DNA from: an uncultured Celeribacter sp.
GTDB lineage: Bacteria > Pseudomonadota > Alphaproteobacteria > Rhodobacterales > Rhodobacteraceae
DNA: 64,000 nt
Assembly (NCBI RefSeq): GCF_963676475.2
Contig: NZ_CAXXQZ010000001.1
Coordinates: 875,245-939,244, forward strand
Direction of reading: 5' to 3'
The notes beneath the pieces are model-generated. The model saw only the letters and a program-made list of their open reading frames with translations. It was not told where the DNA came from and made no database searches. A program made the translations under genes and the position numbers. The first letter of the stretch is position 1. Every line of letters starts with the position of its first letter. Shown in pieces: positions 1-11,229 of the stretch.

Positions 1-19
1 TTCCGGCTCGGACGAAGCC

Positions 20-1303
20 GTGACCGTCAACCTGTCCACGGGCGAACTGTCCGGCGGCGATGCCGACAACGATACCATCGAAAGTAGCATCGACGGCGCG
101 ATCGGCTCCGAATATGACGACACGCTGATCGGTTTCAATCATCAAGGCACCACCCCCGAAGACGTCTATACCAACGAATTCTGGGGCATGGGCGGCGACG
201 ACACCATCACCGGCGGCGGCGGCGATGACTATCTCGATGGCGGTGACGGCAAGGACATCATCGACGGCGGCGCTGGCAACGACACGATCTACGGTCAGGA
301 CGATGACGACCTGATCTATGGCGGCTCTGGCGACGATTACATCGACGGCGGCATCGACGACGATACGATCTACGCGGGCGCAGGTCGTGATACTGTCCAC
401 GGCGGCGAAGATCAGGATACGATCTACGGCGGCGGTGACAACGACTACCTCTATGGTGACGACGATCAGGACACGATCTATGTCACCTTCACCGATGTCA
501 CCTCGGGCGTCTACGACACCACCGTGCACGGTGGCGCAGGCGGCGTTGACTGGGACACGCTGAACCTGTCCGAACTTCTGTCCAATGGCTGGGTGATCAC
601 CTATGAGGTTCAGAACCCCGACAGCGATGGCAATGGCTATGACGGTCAGATTCAGCTCTACAATGCGGGCACCAATGAATACGCCAACATCAACTACACC
701 AACATCGAAGAGATCATTCCCTGCTTCACGCCTGGCACTTTGATCGCGACGCCGAAAGGCGAGATGAAGGTCGAGGAGCTGAAGGTCGGCGATCGCGTCA
801 TCACCCGCGACAACGGCATTCAGGAAATCCGCTGGATCGGTCACAAGGTGCTCACCGGCGCCGAACTGGCCGCCCGTCGCGAATTGATGCCGGTTCTGAT
901 CCGTCAGGGCGCGCTTGGCGCCGGTCTGCCGGAACGTGACATGGTCGTCTCTCCGAACCACCGGATGCTGGTTTCCAACGAGAAAGCCGCACTTCTGTTC
1001 GAAGAGCATGAGGTTCTCGTGGCCGCCAAACACCTGACCCGCATGGAGGGTGTCGATGTGGTCGAGGCGTCCGGTGTGACCTATATCCATGTGATGTTCG
1101 ACCGCCACGAAGTGGTTCTGTCGGACGGCACCTGGTCGGAAAGCTTCCAGCCGGGTGACTACACGCTCTCCGGCATCGGTGACGAGGCCCGCGAAGAGCT
1201 GTTCGCCCTCTTCCCGGAGTTGGTCGAGGTGTCGACCCGTGGCGGGTTCTCTGCCGCACGTCGCATCCTGCGCAAACATGAGGCGGAGCTCCTGATCTCC
1301 TGA
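20..1303 (+). CDS. RTX-repeat protein with C-terminal Hint (Hedgehog/intein, Hint_2/BIL-A) domain; 5' end probably lies upstream of the window
   Basis: Many GGxGxDxLx nonapeptides, then IPCFTPGTLIATPKG...KVGDRVITRDNG and HEVVLSDGTWSESF Hint motifs. Confidence 0.85.
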   Translation: MTVNLSTGELSGGDADNDTIESSIDGAIGSEYDDTLIGFNHQGTTPEDVYTNEFWGMGGDDTITGGGGDDYLDGGDGKDIIDGGAGNDTIYGQDDDDLIYGGSGDDYIDGGIDDDTIYAGAGRDTVHGGEDQDTIYGGGDNDYLYGDDDQDTIYVTFTDVTSGVYDTTVHGGAGGVDWDTLNLSELLSNGWVITYEVQNPDSDGNGYDGQIQLYNAGTNEYANINYTNIEEIIPCFTPGTLIATPKGEMKVEELKVGDRVITRDNGIQEIRWIGHKVLTGAELAARRELMPVLIRQGALGAGLPERDMVVSPNHRMLVSNEKAALLFEEHEVLVAAKHLTRMEGVDVVEASGVTYIHVMFDRHEVVLSDGTWSESFQPGDYTLSGIGDEAREELFALFPELVEVSTRGGFSAARRILRKHEAELLIS

Positions 1304-1498
1304 TCCTCAAAGGTTCGCTCTGATCGACGCGCCCGGTGGGGCCTGCTGGTGCAAGACAGCGTCGATCCTGACCGTCCCCCTCGGGTGTTTCGAGGGTGAC
1401 GGTTCGACAGTTCAGAGTTTTCCGAGTTCTATGTTCCAAATGACAAAACACCGCCCAGGGTTTCCGGGGCGGTGTTTTCTTTTGACCAAAGGGCGCGC

Positions 1499-2079
1499 TT
1501 ACATCTGGCGCCAGTCCTCCGGCGTGTTCACATCCCAACAAGGCGCCTCCGAGGGCATCTCGACCCGTTTCGCGCCATGGCGTTCGACCAAACCTGCACG
1601 CCTTCTTCGCCGCTCAAAGCCTCGAACTCCGGCAGGACCGAGGCCGGGAAAATCACCGGATAGCCTTCTCGCCCGCTTTGACACTGCGCCCGCACGATCC
1701 GTGTGCCGCCGAAGGTCTCGAACAGGATGACAAGTGTCTCCAGATGGCTCGTCGTGATGAAAGGCATATCGGTCATGATCACCGCCAACGCGTCATAGTC
1801 CTTGTCCAACGCATGTCGGGCGAGACTTTTGAAGGGGGCGGAAATGCCCAGATCGCTGTCCTCCACCGTGATGAAATCATCATGCGGTCGCAACACGGCG
1901 CGGCGGCTCTGGTGGTAAGGATGGCTCTCGGCGGGCAGGGCGACGACAAAGGGCTGACCTCGCGCCGCCGACACAGCCCGGCTCAAAAGGGTGTCCAGGG
2001 AATGCAAGGAAGGCGCGGTCGAGAGTTTGTCGAATCCCATGCGCGCGGAATTTCCGGCCGCCTGTGAAGAGTACGTCAT
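1499..2079 (-). pseudogene. Frameshifted MocA/MobA-like nucleotidyltransferase
   Basis: AAGxSxRMG, DMPF and GxPVIFP motifs are in one frame; the C-terminal DVNTPEDW motif is in another frame, with the shift near 1598-1600. Confidence 0.6.
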
Positions 2080-2199
2080 GTGCCGAAGCGCGCCGAAGAA
2101 TTTTTCAGCACACCCCGGTCTCATATCTGCGCGTTCCTGCGCGGCTTCGAGCGCCCACCCTTACGAGGGAACCCCCCGCATGGGATGCGGCGCTCTCGA

Positions 2200-3537
2200 T
2201 TATTTCTCTGGCAACAACCCGCGAGGAGAGAACCGCAGCACGACGAGAAGGATTACACCCATCGTCAGATAGCGCATGTAGGCCACGCGCTCGATCAGAC
2301 CCGCCTTCAAAGCGGAGCCCTCTTCGAGACCCATGGTCAACACATTCACGATCCATCCCCCGATGGGTTCGACTTCAACCCACAAAAACCAGATCAGCAT
2401 ACCACCCAGAACCGCGCCCCAGTTGTTGCCGGAGCCGCCCACGATGACCATCACCCAGATCAGAAAGGTGTAGCGCAGCGGCTGGTAGGTGGTCGGCGTC
2501 AACTGGCCATCCAAAGTGGTCATCATCGCACCCGCAAAGCCGATGATCGCGGCCCCCAGAACGAAAATCTGGAGATGACGGCGGGTGACATCCTTGCCCA
2601 TGGCCTCGGAGGCCACTTCATTGTCACGGATCGCGCGCATCATCCGACCCCAAGGGCTTTTCAGCGCCAGCTCCATCGCCAGAACGATGAGGCCGATCAC
2701 GGCCAGAAAGAACCCGGCATAGAGCAATTTCACGAAAATCGAGGAGCCGGTCACCGGATCCATCCCGAGTTTCGCCATCAGAGACAGAAACCATTCGCTT
2801 TGCTGAAGATTGATCTCATAGGGCACCGGACGCGGCAGGCCGTTGACGTTTTTAACCCCGCGCGAAAGCCAGTCTTCGTTCTTGACAACAGCGAGGATGA
2901 TCTCGGCGATGCCAAGGGTGGCAATCGCGAGATAGTCGGAGCGCAGGCCGAGGGCGGTCTTGGCCACGATCCACGCGGCCCCCGCCGCGAGAAGCGCCCC
3001 TACAGGCCAGGCGAAAATCACCGGCAGACCCAACCCGCCAAGATAGCCTGAGACGGCCGGATCGACGGCTTCGATGGCCTCGACCGCCGGGTCGAACAGG
3101 GTGCGGTAGAGGATAAACCCGACAATCAAGATCGCGGTCACAAAAACGCCGCGCAGGCGGGTTTTCGGCAGGCGTGGGTAGACCAAGACGGCAGCGACAA
3201 TGGTGCCAAGCCCCACAAGAAGCGCCAGGATCATCCGTCCGCCACCAGCGGTCCAAGCGGCAGGCACGGGCGGCATGGCGGTCAAGACCACGGCCAAACC
3301 ACCCAGAGCGGTAAAGCCCATGATGCCGACGTTGAACAAACCGGCGTAGCCCCATTGAAGGTTCACCCCCAAGGCCATGATCGCGGAGATCAGCCCCATG
3401 TTGAGGAGGGACAAAGCCGAGTTCCACGATTGCAAAACCCCGACCGCGATGATGAGAGCCGCCATGGCTGCAAAATAGAGCGGCGCACGGGGCAGGGGCT
3501 TGGGGGTCTGTTTGGTGGGTGTCGATGCATGTGTCAT
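2200..3537 (-). CDS. livM: Branched-chain amino acid ABC permease (LivM-like)
   Basis: Hydrophobic, with GYAGLFNVG and SPWGRMMRAIRDNE motifs; real start MTHAS at 3537. Confidence 0.88.
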   Translation of the reverse strand: MTHASTPTKQTPKPLPRAPLYFAAMAALIIAVGVLQSWNSALSLLNMGLISAIMALGVNLQWGYAGLFNVGIMGFTALGGLAVVLTAMPPVPAAWTAGGGRMILALLVGLGTIVAAVLVYPRLPKTRLRGVFVTAILIVGFILYRTLFDPAVEAIEAVDPAVSGYLGGLGLPVIFAWPVGALLAAGAAWIVAKTALGLRSDYLAIATLGIAEIILAVVKNEDWLSRGVKNVNGLPRPVPYEINLQQSEWFLSLMAKLGMDPVTGSSIFVKLLYAGFFLAVIGLIVLAMELALKSPWGRMMRAIRDNEVASEAMGKDVTRRHLQIFVLGAAIIGFAGAMMTTLDGQLTPTTYQPLRYTFLIWVMVIVGGSGNNWGAVLGGMLIWFLWVEVEPIGGWIVNVLTMGLEEGSALKAGLIERVAYMRYLTMGVILLVVLRFSPRGLLPEK

Positions 3538-4544
3538 ATGTTTTGCCCCTTGAAGAGACCTGTCGGTTTGAACAGCAGGACGATGATCAGGATCGCGAAG
3601 GAGACGGCGAATTTGTAATCCGTCGACAAAAGCTGGACCAAGCCGTCCGGTGCCCAGCTGTCGGGGCCGAGATAGGTCACGACCTTTTTGAAGGCGTAGG
3701 TCAGGGTGACTTCCGAGAAGGCAATGACGAACCCGCCCGCGATGGCGCCCAGCGGATTGCCGATGCCGCCGACGATGGCCGCGGCGAAGACCGGCAGGAG
3801 AAGCTGCTGGAAGATGAAGGGTTTGAACGACTTGTCGAGGCCATAAAGAGCGCCTGCGATGGTCGCCAAAGCCGCCACCAAAAGCCAGGTGATCGTCACG
3901 ACGCGCTCCGGGTTGATGCCCGAGAGCAATGCCAAATCCTCGTTGTCCGAATAAGCCCGCATCGACTTGCCGGTGCGGGTTTTGTTCAGGAACCAAAAAA
4001 GTGCGGCCACGGTGATCATCGCGACAACCACGGTGATGACCTGCGTCGTGCGGATCGCGAGCCCTTCGGACAGGCCCGACCATTCCTTGAAATCGCGGGC
4101 ATTGACCACGAACCGCGCACCATCGGCAAAGCGGCGGTCGTCAGTGCCGACGATCATCCGCACCACGCCGTTGAGCACGAACATCACGCCGGTGGAAACG
4201 ATCACGAGCATCACCGGCGCAGCTTTGACTTTGCGGTAGAACTTGTAGACCACCTTGTCGGTCGCCAAGAGCAAAAGCGCCGTCACCAAGATACCAAAGG
4301 GCAGGGCCAAAAGCGCAGTGGGCAGGACGCCCAGCGAAATGCCCCAGCTTTGGAACAGCCCCGTGACCAGCACCACAACCATGGCCCCGAAGGACATGGT
4401 TTCACCGTGGGCAAAGTTCGAGAACCGCAACACGCCGTAAATCAGCGTGACGCCCAAAGCGCCAAGCGCGAGCTGCGCGCCATAGGTCGTGGCCGGAACC
4501 ACGACGAAATTTGTGAACGCAACCAATGCGTTGAGAATATCCAT
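3534..4544 (-). CDS. livH: Branched-chain amino acid ABC permease (LivH-like)
   Basis: LGALGVTLIYGVLRFSNFAHGE and RTGKSMRA motifs. Confidence 0.9.
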   Translation of the reverse strand: MDILNALVAFTNFVVVPATTYGAQLALGALGVTLIYGVLRFSNFAHGETMSFGAMVVVLVTGLFQSWGISLGVLPTALLALPFGILVTALLLLATDKVVYKFYRKVKAAPVMLVIVSTGVMFVLNGVVRMIVGTDDRRFADGARFVVNARDFKEWSGLSEGLAIRTTQVITVVVAMITVAALFWFLNKTRTGKSMRAYSDNEDLALLSGINPERVVTITWLLVAALATIAGALYGLDKSFKPFIFQQLLLPVFAAAIVGGIGNPLGAIAGGFVIAFSEVTLTYAFKKVVTYLGPDSWAPDGLVQLLSTDYKFAVSFAILIIVLLFKPTGLFKGQNI

Positions 4545-4918
4545 CAGACAACCTCCTGACAGATGCCACCAAAGGGCAGCATCTCTACCCCCGGCGTCGG
4601 ATCTTGGGTGACAACATCGACATAGCCGGTCATCAGACCGTCTTCGCGCAGGTCCCAGAACCCCTTGCTGTCGATATGTTGATAACGGTGGGTGGCGGGG
4701 GCCTCGGCCGCTGTCTCGACGAGACAGGTGGCCTCCTGAGCGCCTTCTTCGCGCAGATATTTCGCACAGCTCACGCCGTCGCCTTCCTCAAAGGAAAACC
4801 GCCAGGGCGCGCCGCCGCCTTGGACCATGACCGCGCATTGCTCAGCAGCCATAGCCGATGCGGGTATGGCGGCAATCACGAGGGCGGCGCATGTCTTTTT
4901 CTTGGGAAAAATACTCAT
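4544..4918 (-). CDS. Small secreted hypothetical protein inside the ABC operon
   Basis: Signal-peptide-like N-terminus (ASAMA|AEQC), 4 Cys in the mature part; abuts livF and livH. Confidence 0.6.
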   Translation of the reverse strand: MSIFPKKKTCAALVIAAIPASAMAAEQCAVMVQGGGAPWRFSFEEGDGVSCAKYLREEGAQEATCLVETAAEAPATHRYQHIDSKGFWDLREDGLMTGYVDVVTQDPTPGVEMLPFGGICQEVV

Positions 4919-4922
4919 GCCC

Positions 4923-5630
4923 TCATCCCCCCAAGAACGTCCGGCGCACATCCGGGTTCGCCAATAGGTTCGCGCCGGTGTCGGTATAGGCGTTGGCGCC
5001 CTGAACCAGAACATAGCCTTTGTCCGCAATTTCAAGCGCTTGCCGGGCGTTCTGTTCCACCATGAGGATCGAAATGCCGGTCTTGGCGACCTCTATGATG
5101 CGGTCGAACAGCTCGTCCATCACGATGGGCGACACGCCCGCGGTCGGCTCGTCGAGCATCAACAACTTCGGCTGGGTCATCAGCGCGCGGCCCACGGCCA
5201 CCTGTTGGCGTTGGCCGCCAGACAATTCGCCCGCGTTCTGGTTGCGCTTCTCGAAGACCGCCGGGAAAAGCTCGTAGACCTGTTCAATCGTGGGCTCGAT
5301 GTCGTCCTTGCGGATAAACGCCCCCATCTCAAGGTTCTCACGCACCGTCATGGTCGGGAAAATATTGTGGGTCTGCGGCACAAAACCCATGCCCTTGTAC
5401 ACGCGTTCCTGTGGGCTGAGGCGGGTGATGTCCTCACCGTCGAGATGCACATGCCCCTCGCGCAGGTTCAGCATGCCGAACACCGCCTTCATCGCGGTCG
5501 ATTTCCCCGCGCCATTCGGCCCGACAATCACGACAATCTCGCCCTTTTGCACGGTCAGCGTACAGCCGTGCAGAATATCCGCGCCAGAGCCATAGCCGCC
5601 GCGCATTTCATTGGCATGGAGGAAACTCAT
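4923..5630 (-). CDS. livF: ABC ATP-binding protein (LivF-like)
   Basis: GPNGAGKS Walker A, LSGGQRQ signature, LDEP Walker B. Confidence 0.92.
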   Translation of the reverse strand: MSFLHANEMRGGYGSGADILHGCTLTVQKGEIVVIVGPNGAGKSTAMKAVFGMLNLREGHVHLDGEDITRLSPQERVYKGMGFVPQTHNIFPTMTVRENLEMGAFIRKDDIEPTIEQVYELFPAVFEKRNQNAGELSGGQRQQVAVGRALMTQPKLLMLDEPTAGVSPIVMDELFDRIIEVAKTGISILMVEQNARQALEIADKGYVLVQGANAYTDTGANLLANPDVRRTFLGG

Positions 5631-6415
5631 GCGCTCGCCTCCTCGGTTTTCTTGTTCTTCACGCCGGTGCCGAGATAGGCCTCGATCACCGCTTCGTTCT
5701 GCATGATCTCATCGGCGGTGCCGGTCGCCATGACCTGGCCCTGCGCCATGACGATCACCGGATCGCAGAGCTGTTTGATAAACTCCATGTCGTGTTCGAT
5801 CATGCAGAATGTGTAGCCACGCTCGATGTTCAGACGTTTGATCGCGTCGCCGATGGTGTACAAAAGCGTCCGGTTTACGCCTGCGCCGACCTCGTCGAGG
5901 AACACCATTTTCGCGTCGACCATCATCGTGCGGCCCAGCTCCAGAAGCTTTTTCTGGCCGCCGGAAATTTCGCCCGCTTTCAAATCCGCGATATGGGAAA
6001 TCGTCAGGAACTCAAGAACTTCGTCGGCCTTGGCCCGTAGGGCCCGCTCCTCATTGGCAATGCGTTTGCGCCCGAACCATGTGTTCCAAAGCGTCTCACC
6101 CGATTGGCCGGAAGGCACCATCATCAGGTTCTCGCGACAGGTCATCGAGCCAAACTCATGCGCGATCTGGAAGGTGCGGAGGATGCCCTTGTGAAACAGC
6201 TCATGCGGTTTCAGCCCGGTGATGTCCTCACCATCGAACAGCACTTGGCCCGAGGTCGGCGTCAGAACCCCCGCGATACAGTTGAAAAGCGACGTTTTCC
6301 CCGCGCCATTGGGCCCGATGAGCCCCGTGATCGAGCCTTGCTCAAGCGTGAGCGAGGCGCCGTCGACCGCGCGAAAACCGCCGAAATGCATGTGCAAATC
6401 ACGCACTTCGATCAT
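5627..6415 (-). CDS. livG: ABC ATP-binding protein (LivG-like)
   Basis: GPNGAGKTS, ISGGQKK, FLDEV; ends VIEAYLG. Confidence 0.92.
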   Translation of the reverse strand: MIEVRDLHMHFGGFRAVDGASLTLEQGSITGLIGPNGAGKTSLFNCIAGVLTPTSGQVLFDGEDITGLKPHELFHKGILRTFQIAHEFGSMTCRENLMMVPSGQSGETLWNTWFGRKRIANEERALRAKADEVLEFLTISHIADLKAGEISGGQKKLLELGRTMMVDAKMVFLDEVGAGVNRTLLYTIGDAIKRLNIERGYTFCMIEHDMEFIKQLCDPVIVMAQGQVMATGTADEIMQNEAVIEAYLGTGVKNKKTEEASA

Positions 6416-6515
6416 TTTATCTGTCCCCTAGATGTTTCGGCCAAAGTGCAAGCCGGCCGAAAAAGTCAGCCCGGGGAGCCTGTTACCCCCCGGGCCATAT
6501 CATGTGACGTCCGGC

Positions 6516-7688
6516 TTAGCGGATGTCGATGGTCTCATAGGCCCCATCGGTGATCGTGTAGTAGCGGTAAGATCCCGCAGCTTCACCCGGCCCGATCAGT
6601 TCTACATTGGTGGCGCCGACATAGTCGATGTCCCCGCCTGCGGCGAGAATATCGAGCGCTTTCTCGAAGTCACCCGGAAGGATTTTTTCGCCCGGCGCAT
6701 TGGCCACGTCGAGAAGGTTGGCCGCCACGGCCTCTTTGGTCGCTTCGCCGCCTTTGGCCATCGCAAGAGCGATCAGGGCGCCCGCGTCATAGCTTTCGCG
6801 CGTGTAGGTGCTGTCGACCAGAATGCCGGCTTCGGTGCCCAGCTCGGTGAAACGATCGGTGCCTTCGCCCTCGGCCCAGGGAACTACGCCCAGCGAACCT
6901 TCAACCATATCGGCAAGCCCCAGAAGGCTTTGACCATACATACCGTCGCCCACGAGGAAGGTGTCAAACGCGCCGGTGTCGACCGAAGATTGCAGAATGT
7001 TCTTGCCGCCCTGATCGATGTAGCCCAGCACCACAAGCATTTCACCGCCTGCGGAGGCCAGTGCAGCCACCTCTGCGGAATAGTCTGCCTTGCCATCTTC
7101 ATGCGAGGCGCTCAGCGTGATTTCACCATCGTAATTGGCGGCGAAGGCATCGGCGAGGCCTTTGCCGTAATCGGAGTTGTTGTAGGTCACGGCCACGGAG
7201 GTGATGCCTTTTTCTTCCAGCACATCGGCCAGAATTTCGCCCTGACGCGCATCAGAGGGCGAGGTGCGGAAGAACAGACCGTTGTCTTCGATCGAGCTCA
7301 GGCCCGGCGAGGTTGCGGAGGGGGACACCATGACCACGCCGTTCGGCACCGCCACATTGGACAGCACAGCCCCTGTCACGCCGGAACAGTCCGCGCCCAT
7401 GATCGCAACGACACCGTCGGAGGTCACCAAACGTTCCGCCGCCGCTGTGGCCGCAGAGGCATCCACACAGGTGCTGTCCGCGCGCACGGAGGTGATGGTC
7501 GAGCCATCAAGGAATTTGCCCGTCTCGGAAATTTCCTTGAAGGCCAATTCGGCGCTGTCCGCCATATGCGGCATGATGGTTTCAAGAGGCCCGGTGAACC
7601 CGAGCAGGATACCAATCTTGACATCTTCGGCAGAGCCCGCGCCCGCCATGAGGGTCGCAGCGGTGGAAGCCAGAAGCAGCTTTTTCAT
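6516..7688 (-). CDS. ABC substrate-binding protein (LivJ/Peripla_BP_6 family)
   Basis: Signal peptide, VKIGILLGFTGP and SPSATSPGLS...FFRTSPSD motifs; first gene of the operon. Confidence 0.9.
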   Translation of the reverse strand: MKKLLLASTAATLMAGAGSAEDVKIGILLGFTGPLETIMPHMADSAELAFKEISETGKFLDGSTITSVRADSTCVDASAATAAAERLVTSDGVVAIMGADCSGVTGAVLSNVAVPNGVVMVSPSATSPGLSSIEDNGLFFRTSPSDARQGEILADVLEEKGITSVAVTYNNSDYGKGLADAFAANYDGEITLSASHEDGKADYSAEVAALASAGGEMLVVLGYIDQGGKNILQSSVDTGAFDTFLVGDGMYGQSLLGLADMVEGSLGVVPWAEGEGTDRFTELGTEAGILVDSTYTRESYDAGALIALAMAKGGEATKEAVAANLLDVANAPGEKILPGDFEKALDILAAGGDIDYVGATNVELIGPGEAAGSYRYYTITDGAYETIDIR

Positions 7689-8001
7689 ATGGAAATACTC
7701 CCTGTTTTGGATCTTGTCCTGGGGCGGAGACTAGACGGGCTTTGACAGGATGGAAAGATATGCCGCGGCGTTTCGCGCTCGGATTTGGGGCATTTGCTCA
7801 AATTCTTCCGGGCCTGAGGGCCTGGTGGATGCCGTTGCTGCGGGTTTTTGCCGTTCAAGGGGCTTGGGACCGTGACCGACTCGGGCAGGCCTCGCCGCCC
7901 CACCTTTCATTTGAAACCGGCAAAAATCGTATTACGTCAGACAAAACACCGAAAACCAAGCACTGAGACCTTCCCCCCGACCTGAGAAAGGCCTTTTTCA
8001 G

Positions 8002-9105
8002 ATGTCTCTGATCTTCTCCCGTCTGTTCACGCCGCTCATTACCAGTGTGTCTCTCGTTCTTCCCACGTCTTTATGGGCCGCAGATCGCATGGCCGGAGCC
8101 ACGCCCGTTGCCGTCACCGAAGTCGTGCGCGGTCTGGACGAGCCTTGGGCGATTGAGTTCCTGCCTGAAGGCGGCGTGCTGATCGGCGAGATCGACGGGC
8201 GGCTTTTGCTTGTCCAAAACGGCGCGGTCACCGTGATTGAGGGCACGCCAGAGGTCTGGGAAAGCGGGCAGGGTGGTCTTTTGGATATTATGATCCCGCG
8301 TGATTTTGCCGAGAGCGGCGAGGTGTTTCTCAGCTATTCCAAACCCATCAGAGGCGGCTCGGGCACCGCGCTTGGCGTCGGGCGGCTCGAAGGCGACCGG
8401 CTTGTTGATTTTCATGATCTCTTTGTGATGGCGGAGGGCAGCCGCAAAGGGCAGCATTTCGGCTCCCGCATTGTCGAGGCGACGGATGGCACGATCTTCC
8501 TCACTGTCGGCGAACGTGGCGAGCGTGAAGCGGCGCAGGACAAAACCCGTGCCAATGGATCGGTGCTTCGGATCAACCGCAACGGGTCGATTCCGGCGGA
8601 CAATCCGTTTCTGGGCGACGACGTCCTCCCCGCGCTCTGGTCCTATGGCCACCGCAATCCGCAAGGCGCGGCGCTTGACGGGCAGGGCCAGCTTTGGGTC
8701 AACGAACACGGGCCACAGGGCGGCGACGAGATCAATCTGGTCGCCAAAGGTGCCAACTATGGCTGGCCTCTCACAAGCTACGGCGAGAATTACGGCGGCG
8801 GACGTTTTGCGCCTCAGACGCTTGACGGCACAGAGCCGCCCGCGCATCAATGGACCCCCTCCATCGCGCCCTCGGGCTATGCGATCTATGAGGGCGATCT
8901 CTTTCCGAGCCTCAAAGGCAAACACCTGATCGGGTCGCTGAAATTCGACTATATTTCCGTGATGGACCCGGTGAGCTGGCAAGAGGAGCAATGGTCCTGG
9001 CCCGAAACCGGACGCGTGCGCGACATCACGGTCGCGCCGGATGGGGCGATCTGGTTTCTTTCCGTCGGCAAAGGCGCCGCTTACCGGATTGCGCCGCGCG
9101 ACTGA
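8002..9105 (+). CDS. PQQ-dependent sugar dehydrogenase (YliI/GSDH family)
   Basis: [29 protein letters not shown] and GRVRD motifs. Confidence 0.9.
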   Translation: MSLIFSRLFTPLITSVSLVLPTSLWAADRMAGATPVAVTEVVRGLDEPWAIEFLPEGGVLIGEIDGRLLLVQNGAVTVIEGTPEVWESGQGGLLDIMIPRDFAESGEVFLSYSKPIRGGSGTALGVGRLEGDRLVDFHDLFVMAEGSRKGQHFGSRIVEATDGTIFLTVGERGEREAAQDKTRANGSVLRINRNGSIPADNPFLGDDVLPALWSYGHRNPQGAALDGQGQLWVNEHGPQGGDEINLVAKGANYGWPLTSYGENYGGGRFAPQTLDGTEPPAHQWTPSIAPSGYAIYEGDLFPSLKGKHLIGSLKFDYISVMDPVSWQEEQWSWPETGRVRDITVAPDGAIWFLSVGKGAAYRIAPRD

Positions 9106-9284
9106 CGTTTACGCGCAGGAAATGTGCATTTGCCCGGGATTTCTACGCCAAACCCCCTCTCTTTTGGGTTTTCTCGCAGGCGTCCCGCCTCTATAAGTCT
9201 TCAGACTTCGCGTGCGCTAACGCTAACACAGGCGGATTTGCCGCGCGAGGGAGGAGAATTGATAACCGTTTTGGAGTAAAGACG

Positions 9285-10655
9285 ATGACGGATTGGGTGA
9301 AAACCGCATGGCGCAACAAACCGCGTGTGCAAATGCCCGACTATACGGACGCGGCCGCGCTGAACGCTGTTGAGGCGCAGCTTGCCAAATATCCGCCGCT
9401 CGTCTTTGCGGGCGAGGCGCGTAAACTGAAACGTGATCTGGCGAAAGCGTCGCGTGGCGAAGCGTTTTTGTTGCAGGGCGGCGATTGCGCCGAAAGCTTT
9501 GCCGAATTCGGCGGCGACCAGATCCGTGATACCTTCAAAGTCATGCTGCAAATGGCGATGGTTTTGACCTTTGGCGCGAAAGTGCCGGTGATCAAGGTCG
9601 GTCGCATGGCGGGCCAATTCGCAAAACCGCGCTCGGCGCCGACCGAGACTGCGAATGGTGTGGAACTCCCAAGCTACCGAGGCGACATCATCAACGGCTT
9701 CGACTTCACCCCCGAAGCGCGCATCCCCGACCCGAACCGCATGTTGCAGGCCTATACTCAGGCTGCGGCGTCTCTGAACCTGCTGCGCGCCTTCTCAAAA
9801 GGTGGTTTTGCCGACATTCACCGGGTGCATGCCTGGACGCTGGGGTTCACAGAATCCGATGAGGCCGAGAAATACCGCGACATGGCGAACCGCATTCAGG
9901 ATGCGCTTGATTTCATGAAAGCGGCGGGCATGACGGCAGAACACAACCCCGACCTGCAAACCGTGGATTTCTACACCTCGCATGAGGCGCTTTTGCTGGA
10001 ATACGAAGAGGCGCTGACCCGTGTCGACAGCACGACCGGCGCCACCATCGCGGGGTCGGGTCACATGATCTGGATCGGCGACCGGACGCGCCAGCCGGAC
10101 GGCGCGCATGTCGAATTCTGCCGCGGTGTTCAGAACCCGATCGGTCTGAAATGCGGGCCGACCACTACGGCCGAAGACCTCAAGGTGCTGATGGGCAAAC
10201 TCAACCCGGAGAACGAGGCCGGGCGTCTGACGCTTATCGCACGCTTCGGCGCGGGCAAAGTGGCCGATCACCTGCCGCGTCTCATCGAGACCGTGAAAGC
10301 CGAAGGCGCCAATGTCGTCTGGTCCTGCGATGCGATGCATGGCAACACGATCAAATCCGACAGCGGCTATAAAACGCGGCCGTTTGAACAGGTGCTTTCC
10401 GAGGTGCAGGAATTCTTCGCCGTGCACCGCGATCAGGGCACCATCCCGGGCGGCGTGCATTTCGAAATGACCGGCCAGGATGTGACCGAATGCACCGGCG
10501 GCCTGCGTGCGGTGACCGACGAGAACCTCGCCGACCGCTACCACACCGCGTGCGATCCGCGTTTGAACGCTTCGCAATCTTTGGAACTTGCCTTCCTCGT
10601 GGCTGAAGAGCTGCAAAAAGGTCAGACACCGGAGACGGTGGCAGCAACCGCCTAA
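9285..10655 (+). CDS. aroH: Class II DAHP synthase
   Basis: [31 protein letters not shown] and CDPRLN motifs; RBS GGAG before ATG 9285. Confidence 0.93.
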   Translation: MTDWVKTAWRNKPRVQMPDYTDAAALNAVEAQLAKYPPLVFAGEARKLKRDLAKASRGEAFLLQGGDCAESFAEFGGDQIRDTFKVMLQMAMVLTFGAKVPVIKVGRMAGQFAKPRSAPTETANGVELPSYRGDIINGFDFTPEARIPDPNRMLQAYTQAAASLNLLRAFSKGGFADIHRVHAWTLGFTESDEAEKYRDMANRIQDALDFMKAAGMTAEHNPDLQTVDFYTSHEALLLEYEEALTRVDSTTGATIAGSGHMIWIGDRTRQPDGAHVEFCRGVQNPIGLKCGPTTTAEDLKVLMGKLNPENEAGRLTLIARFGAGKVADHLPRLIETVKAEGANVVWSCDAMHGNTIKSDSGYKTRPFEQVLSEVQEFFAVHRDQGTIPGGVHFEMTGQDVTECTGGLRAVTDENLADRYHTACDPRLNASQSLELAFLVAEELQKGQTPETVAATA

Positions 10656-10678
10656 GATCTCGCAAGATCAAGATGTTG

Positions 10679-10705
10679 AAAGCCGGGCTTCATGCCCGGC
10701 TTTTT
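10679..10705. terminator. Bidirectional intrinsic terminator
   Basis: AGCCGGGC-ttcat-GCCCGGCT stem with A/T runs, between convergent genes. Confidence 0.7.
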
Positions 10706-11109
10706 CATTCCCCACGGTGAAAGATGAAACAATTTCCAGCCGCCTCATATCCCGCCGCCGCGTAAAACGACATCGCGCCGGGCGCCGAGAGCAGAAGATG
10801 CGTCTTGACCTCCGGCGCCGCTTTGACGGTTGCGCGCAACAGCGCCTTGCCGATGCCGCGCCGCTGAACCCGCGTGTCGACGGCGAGATCGGAGCAATAG
10901 AGGCAATAGGCGAAATCGGTGACGGAGCGTGCCACGCCCACCAAATGTCCCGCCGCATCCCGCGCGGTGACGATCAGATCGGAATTCGCCAACATCTTCG
11001 CGATGCGCTGCGGCTGATCGACGGGGCGGCGCTCTTCCAGCGTTGAGGCTTTGAGCAGGGCGAGAAATTCCGGCGCGGAGAGGTCGGGTTCGATGGCGTA
11101 GGTGATCAT
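10705..11109 (-). CDS. GNAT acetyltransferase
   Basis: DLAVD...QRRGIGKALL motif A; FYAAAGY. Confidence 0.88.
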   Translation of the reverse strand: MITYAIEPDLSAPEFLALLKASTLEERRPVDQPQRIAKMLANSDLIVTARDAAGHLVGVARSVTDFAYCLYCSDLAVDTRVQRRGIGKALLRATVKAAPEVKTHLLLSAPGAMSFYAAAGYEAAGNCFIFHRGE

Positions 11110-11229
11110 GGGCGCTCCTTTTTGTGTCTCAAAGGAGCACGCAGAGGCCCGATTGCAAAGCAAAAAGGCGCGGCTCCGTCCCCGGAAACCGCGCCTGTTT
11201 TATGGCAGGTCCTGTGAAACCCTGAGGGC

